Source: Alphaproteobacteria bacterium (lineage in GTDB: Bacteria > Pseudomonadota > Alphaproteobacteria > UBA828). Taken from it: a stretch of DNA of 64,000 nucleotides. Shown here piece by piece: positions 59,080 to 64,000 of the stretch. The first letter of the stretch is position 1; each line of letters begins with the position of its first letter. The notes below the pieces were generated by a model. The model did not search any database and was not told where the DNA came from. It worked only from the letters and a program-made list of their open reading frames with translations. Both the position numbers and the translations under genes were made by a program. Location of the stretch: contig CBDCRW010000007.1 of the NCBI GenBank assembly GCA_965221125.1, positions 160,001-224,000 of the forward strand, written 5' to 3'.

Positions 59080-60870
59080 ATGACACAGCCCGCGCAAGCG
59101 CCGGAGGCGCTGGACCCGGTCCTTCTCTCGGTCCTCTCCAACCGGCTCGACGGCATCGTGCGCGAGATGTCCAACACGCTGCTCAAGGCGGCGCGCTCGG
59201 CGGTGATCGCCGTGGCGCGGGATTTCTCCTGCGCCATCTGCACCGCCGACAACCAGCTTCTCGCGACCGCCGAGGGCCTCCCTGTCCACATCTTCGGCTC
59301 GCACCTGCAGACGCGGGCCATGACCGACCTGCACGGCGACCTCGCCGAGGGCGACGCCTTCCTCCACAACGACCCCTATCTCGGCAACACGCATCCGGCC
59401 GATCACGCGGTGCTGGTGCCTGTCTTCATCGACGGCGAGCACCTCTTCACCGCCTGCGCCAAGGGCCACCAGGCGGACATCGGCAACAGCATCCCCACCA
59501 CCTATCACGCCGCGGCGAAGGACGTGTACGAGGAAGGCTCGCTGATCTTCCCCTGCGTCCGCGTGCAGCGGGACTACGAGATGGTGGACGACGTGATCCG
59601 CATGTGCCGGCGCCGGATTCGCGTGCCGGAGCAGTGGTACGGCGACTTCCTGGCGGAGCTCGGCGCGGCCCGCATCGCCGAGCGGCGGCTGAAGGAGCTC
59701 TGCGCCAAGTACGGTACGGAGACCATCAAGACCTTCATGCGCGAGTGGTTCGACTATTCCGAGCGCCGCATGGTGCAGGCGATCCAGGCGCTGCCCGAGG
59801 CCGAGGTCGAAGCCGAGGGCGCGCACGACCCGTTCGAGCCCTTCCTGCCCGACGGCATCCCCATCAAGGTCGAGGTCCGCATCGACCCCGGCGCGGGCCG
59901 CATCACCATCGACCTCCGCGACAACATCGACTGCGTCGACTGCGGCCTCAACGAATCGGAGGCCTGCGCCATCAACAACGTGGTGGCCGGCCTCTTCAAC
60001 TGCCTGGGCCCCGAGATTCCGCACAACGGCGGCTCGTTCCGCCGCGTGGACGTGCTGCTGCGGGACGGCTGCGTCGTCGGCCGCCCGTCCTTCCCCCATT
60101 CGACCTCGATGGCGACCACCAACGTCGCCGACCGTCTGGTCAACATCACCCACTCGGCGATGGCGAAGCTCGGCGACGGCTTCGGCCTGGCCGAGGGCGG
60201 CAGCGCCATGTGCGCCGCCACCGCGGTGCTGAGCGGCGCGGATTTCCGGCGGGGCGGCGATCCCTACATCAACCAGCTCATGATGGTGGTGAACGGCGGC
60301 CCGGCCGGGCCAAAGGCTGACGGCTGGGTCACCTACGTGCTGCCCGTGGTCTCCGGCCTCATGTACCGGGACAGCATCGAGCTTGCCGAGGTGAAGCACC
60401 CGATGCTGTTCAGGACCGTGCGCCTCATGCCGGGCACCGGCGGCGCCGGGCGCCATCGTGGCGGGCCTGCCTGCGAGGTCGTCTACGGCCCCCGTGAGGA
60501 CCCGATGACGGTGGTGATCCCGTCGGACTGCCAGATCAACCCGGCGCGGGGCGCCCAGGGCGGCCACGACGGCACGCCCGCGGTGCAGTTCAAGGTGGGC
60601 GCCAACGGCGACGAGACCAGGCTGCCCAACGTCGTGCAGCTCGACCTGTTGCCGGGCGAGCTGATCCGCGGCTTCGACGCCGGCGGCGGCGGCTACGGCG
60701 ACCCGATGGAGCGGGACCCCGAGCGGGTGCGCATGGACGTGGCCCGCGGCTGGGAGACACGCGCCCGCGCCCGCGAGATCTACGGCGTCGTCCTCACCGG
60801 CGACCGCGAGACCGACACGCTGGCGGTGGATCGGGCGGCGACCGAGGAGGCCCGCGCGGCCGTTTCCTGA
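59080..60870 (+). CDS. Hydantoinase B/oxoprolinase subunit B
   Basis: RDFSCA, NDPYLGNTHPAD, GGAGRHRGG, GGGGYGDP. Confidence 0.92.
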   Translation: MTQPAQAPEALDPVLLSVLSNRLDGIVREMSNTLLKAARSAVIAVARDFSCAICTADNQLLATAEGLPVHIFGSHLQTRAMTDLHGDLAEGDAFLHNDPYLGNTHPADHAVLVPVFIDGEHLFTACAKGHQADIGNSIPTTYHAAAKDVYEEGSLIFPCVRVQRDYEMVDDVIRMCRRRIRVPEQWYGDFLAELGAARIAERRLKELCAKYGTETIKTFMREWFDYSERRMVQAIQALPEAEVEAEGAHDPFEPFLPDGIPIKVEVRIDPGAGRITIDLRDNIDCVDCGLNESEACAINNVVAGLFNCLGPEIPHNGGSFRRVDVLLRDGCVVGRPSFPHSTSMATTNVADRLVNITHSAMAKLGDGFGLAEGGSAMCAATAVLSGADFRRGGDPYINQLMMVVNGGPAGPKADGWVTYVLPVVSGLMYRDSIELAEVKHPMLFRTVRLMPGTGGAGRHRGGPACEVVYGPREDPMTVVIPSDCQINPARGAQGGHDGTPAVQFKVGANGDETRLPNVVQLDLLPGELIRGFDAGGGGYGDPMERDPERVRMDVARGWETRARAREIYGVVLTGDRETDTLAVDRAATEEARAAVS

Positions 60871-61037
60871 GGGCGTCGCGCCGGCCGCGGGCGCCCCGCT
60901 CTTACCGTCTTGCCCTCGCCAACGGCCCGTGCTAACCAAGGCGCCGCTCGCGGCCGGCCGCCGCGAGCATGTCGTGACTGTTGCTCGATTCCAGGTTCCC
61001 GCCGGCAATCCCGTCAGGCAATCCGAAGGGTCCAACC

Positions 61038-61592
61038 ATGGCAGAAGCCGCGCCGCCCTCTGACAGCTCGACCGAGCACGCGGGCACGCGACGCGACTTT
61101 CTGGTCTTGGCTGCAGGCGCCATGGGCGGCATGGCGGTGGTCGGCATCACCTGGCCTCTGATCGAGACCATGAACCCGTCGGCCGACGTGCTGGCGCTGG
61201 CATCCACCGAGGTCGATCTCTCCGCCATCGAGGAAGGCCAGACCATCGTCGTGAAGTGGCGGGGGCGGCCGGTCTTCGTGCGCTACCGCACGGCAGAGGA
61301 GATCGCCGCGGCGCAGGAGACCCCGCTCGGCGACCTCTCCGATCCGCAGCCGGATTCGGAGCGCGCGCCGCAGGCGCAGTGGTTGATCGTGGAGGGTGTC
61401 TGCACCCACCTCGGCTGCGTGCCGCTCGGCTCCAAGATCGGCGATCCGAGAGGCGAGTTCGGCGGCTGGTTCTGTCCGTGCCACGGCTCGCACTACGACA
61501 CGTCCGGCCGCATCCGCAAGGGCCCGGCGCCGGCCAACCTGCCGGTGCCCTCTTACGAGTTCCTCGACGACACGCTGGTTCGGATCGGGTAG
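61038..61592 (+). CDS. petA: Cytochrome bc1 Rieske Fe-S subunit
   Basis: Tat RRDFL; CTHLGCVP; CPCHGSHYD. Confidence 0.96.
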   Translation: MAEAAPPSDSSTEHAGTRRDFLVLAAGAMGGMAVVGITWPLIETMNPSADVLALASTEVDLSAIEEGQTIVVKWRGRPVFVRYRTAEEIAAAQETPLGDLSDPQPDSERAPQAQWLIVEGVCTHLGCVPLGSKIGDPRGEFGGWFCPCHGSHYDTSGRIRKGPAPANLPVPSYEFLDDTLVRIG

Positions 61593-61605
61593 GGGATAGC
61601 GCCGG

Positions 61606-62877
61606 ATGACCACACCCGTACCGCAGAACCGCGTTGCCCAGTGGATCGAGTATCGCCTGCCGGTCTTCAGCTGGACCAACAAGCACCTCATCGACTACCC
61701 GGCGCCGCGCAATCTGAACTACTGGTGGAACTTCGGCTCCCTCGCCGGGATCATGCTTGTGCTGCAGATCGTGACCGGCGTGGTGCTGGCGATGCACTAC
61801 ACGCCGCACGCCGATCTCGCCTTCGATTCGGTCGAGCACATCATGCGCAACGTGGAGTGGGGGTGGCTCATGCGCTACCTCCACGCCAACGGCGCCTCGA
61901 TGTTCTTCGCCGTGGTCTACATCCACCTCTTCCGCGGCCTCTACTACGGCTCCTACAAGTCGCCGCGCGAGATCCTGTGGTGGATGGGCGTCATCATCCT
62001 GCTGCTCATGATGGCGTCGGCCTTCATGGGCTACGTGCTGCCGTGGGGGCAGATGAGCTTCTGGGCGGCGACGGTGATCACCAACATGACCTCGGCGATC
62101 CCGTGGATCGGCGAGACGGTCGTCACCTGGCTGTGGGGCGGCTTCTCGGTCGATCACCCGACGCTCGTCCGCTTCTACGCGCTGCACTACCTGCTGCCGT
62201 TCGTGCTCTTCGGCGTCGTCTTCATCCACCTCTGGGCGCTGCATCACCGCAAGTCCAACAACCCGCTCGGCATCGACATCAAGAGCGCGAAGGACACCAT
62301 CCCCTTCCACCCGTACTACACGGTGAAGGACTCGTTCGGGATCGGCGTGATGATGTTCATCCTGCTGATCTTCGTCTTCTACATGCCGAACGCGCTGGGC
62401 GAGGTGATCAACTACGAGAAGGCGAACCCGCTGCAGACGCCGGCGCACATCGTGCCGGAATGGTACTTCCTGCCCTTCTACGCGATCCTGCGCGCGATCC
62501 CCGACAAGCTCGGCGGCGTCGTGGCGATGGTCGCCTCGATCTTCATCCTCTTCATCCTGCCCTGGCTGGATACGTCGCGAGTCCGCAGCGCGCGTTTCCG
62601 CCCGATCTACAAGTGGGCGTTCTGGGTCTTCGTGATCGACACCATCGCGCTCGGCTGGGTCGGCGCCAACACGCCGGAAGGCAACTTCATCTGGATCGGC
62701 CAGGTCACCACCGGCTACTACTTCGCGCACTTCCTCATCATCCTGCCGCTCATCGGCAAGTTCGAGCGGCCCACGAAGCTGCCGGAGAGCATCCATCAGG
62801 CGGTGCTGAAAGGCGGCGGCGAGGGCGCGGCCGCGGATGCGGCGCCCGAGGCGGCTGCGGCGGGGGAGAAGGCGTGA
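61606..62877 (+). CDS. petB: Cytochrome b
   Basis: [26 protein letters not shown]. Confidence 0.97.
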   Translation: MTTPVPQNRVAQWIEYRLPVFSWTNKHLIDYPAPRNLNYWWNFGSLAGIMLVLQIVTGVVLAMHYTPHADLAFDSVEHIMRNVEWGWLMRYLHANGASMFFAVVYIHLFRGLYYGSYKSPREILWWMGVIILLLMMASAFMGYVLPWGQMSFWAATVITNMTSAIPWIGETVVTWLWGGFSVDHPTLVRFYALHYLLPFVLFGVVFIHLWALHHRKSNNPLGIDIKSAKDTIPFHPYYTVKDSFGIGVMMFILLIFVFYMPNALGEVINYEKANPLQTPAHIVPEWYFLPFYAILRAIPDKLGGVVAMVASIFILFILPWLDTSRVRSARFRPIYKWAFWVFVIDTIALGWVGANTPEGNFIWIGQVTTGYYFAHFLIILPLIGKFERPTKLPESIHQAVLKGGGEGAAADAAPEAAAAGEKA

Positions 62878-63647
62878 TGCGGCGCGCGCTGCTGGCCGGG
62901 CTGCTGACCGGCGCGCTCGCTCTCTTTGGCGCCCATGCCGCGCATGCGGCAGGCGGCTCCGCCGACGTCCCCGATCAGGACTGGCAGCACGAAGGCGTCT
63001 TCGGCACCTTCGACCGGGGCGAGCTGCAGCGCGGCTTCCAGGTCTTCCAGGAGGTCTGCTCCGCCTGCCATTCGCTCCAGTACATCGCCTTCCGCAACCT
63101 GGTGGAGATCGGCTTCACCGAGGAGGAGGCAAAGGCGATCGCCGCGGAATACGAGGTCGAGGACGGGCCCGACGACGAGGGCGAGATGTTCGACCGCCCG
63201 GCGCGGCTCTCCGACTACTGGCCCTCGCCCTTCGCCAACGAGAACGAGGCGCGGGCGTCCAACGGCGGCGCGCTGCCGCCCGATCTCTCGCTCATCATCA
63301 AGGCGCGCGAGGGCGGCGCGGACTACATCTACGCGCTGATGACCGGCTACGAGGAAGAGGCGCCGGAGGACATGGAGCTCGCCGACGGCATGAGCTTCAA
63401 CCACTTCTTCCCAGGCCAGCAGATCGCCATGATCGAGCCGCTCTACGACGAGGCCGTCGAGTACGTGGACGGCACGCCCATGACGCTGGAGCAGCACGCG
63501 CGCGACGTGACCGCCTTCCTCTCGTGGACGGCCGAGCCGGAGCTCGAGGAGCGCAAGCAGACCGGCCTCAAGGTTCTCATCTTCGTATTCGTCCTCACGG
63601 CGGTACTGTTCGTCATCTACCGGCGCGTCTGGGCCAGGCTGCACTAG
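62877..63647 (+). CDS. petC: Cytochrome c1
   Basis: Signal peptide, CSACH, PPDLSL, IAM, C-terminal TM. Confidence 0.96.
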   Translation: MRRALLAGLLTGALALFGAHAAHAAGGSADVPDQDWQHEGVFGTFDRGELQRGFQVFQEVCSACHSLQYIAFRNLVEIGFTEEEAKAIAAEYEVEDGPDDEGEMFDRPARLSDYWPSPFANENEARASNGGALPPDLSLIIKAREGGADYIYALMTGYEEEAPEDMELADGMSFNHFFPGQQIAMIEPLYDEAVEYVDGTPMTLEQHARDVTAFLSWTAEPELEERKQTGLKVLIFVFVLTAVLFVIYRRVWARLH

Positions 63648-63720
63648 CCCTCAATTTGCACCCCTCGCCGGGCCGGGCGTGACGGCGGGGCAGGCCGCCG
63701 GCACAGACGCGGAGGGGATA

Positions 63721-64000
63721 ATGGCCCAACCCACAGGCTCACAGCACACCGATCCCAAGAGCGATATCGACATCGCGCGGGCGGCCACGAAGCGCCCGAT
63801 TCTCGATCTCGCCGAGGACCGCCTCGGCATCGCCGCGGAGCATCTGGTCCCCTACGGCCACGACAAGGCCAAGATCACCCTCGACCACATCGGCTCGCTG
63901 GAGGGCCGCGCGGACGGCAAGCTGATCCTGGTCACGGCGATCACGCCGACCCCGGCGGGCGAGGGCAAGACCACCACCACCGTCGGCCTCGGCGACGGCC
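63721..64000 (+). CDS. fhs: Formate-tetrahydrofolate ligase, 5' part only
   Basis: Translated by hand: KSDIDIAR...PYGHDKAK...[28 protein letters not shown]. Confidence 0.93.
   Translation, partial: MAQPTGSQHTDPKSDIDIARAATKRPILDLAEDRLGIAAEHLVPYGHDKAKITLDHIGSLEGRADGKLILVTAITPTPAGEGKTTTTVGLGDG

Noticed and set aside
61641-63647. 668-aa ORF suggesting a cytochrome b-c1 fusion or extension
   Set aside because: The N-terminal part is an off-frame overlay of petB; petC starts at 62877 with its own signal peptide

Overview
High-GC alphaproteobacterial chromosome segment, probably Rhodospirillales-like. The call rests on the rpiB-glyA-nrdR-ribD-ribE-ribB-ribH-nusB-thiL operon and petABC-fhs; a sponge-symbiont lifestyle is only inferred. 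Most of the window is core or catabolic genes: GMC oxidoreductase, sarcosine/dimethylglycine dehydrogenase-like enzyme, two GSTs, beta-oxidation genes and hydantoinase A/B. Accessory elements are: (1) an intact IS481-family element with a 5-bp target duplication, inserted between a GST promoter and an 11-copy 10-bp tandem repeat; (2) an orphan ACP plus alpha/beta hydrolase pair; (3) a ~5.5 kb mosaic of IS5/IS21/IS3 fragments and AT-rich pseudogenes that has destroyed a polyamine-type ABC transporter; (4) a ~7 kb module encoding an Lcp/MpaB-like heme oxygenase, a secreted TPR protein, an MMPL/RND transporter, a LolA-like protein and an outer-membrane barrel, bracketed by two CTAG-bounded miniature elements. 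Module (4) is the best candidate for an uncharacterised system (lipid/isoprenoid trafficking). No rRNA, tRNA or CRISPR array was recognised. All family calls come from reading motifs by eye; no database searches were run.
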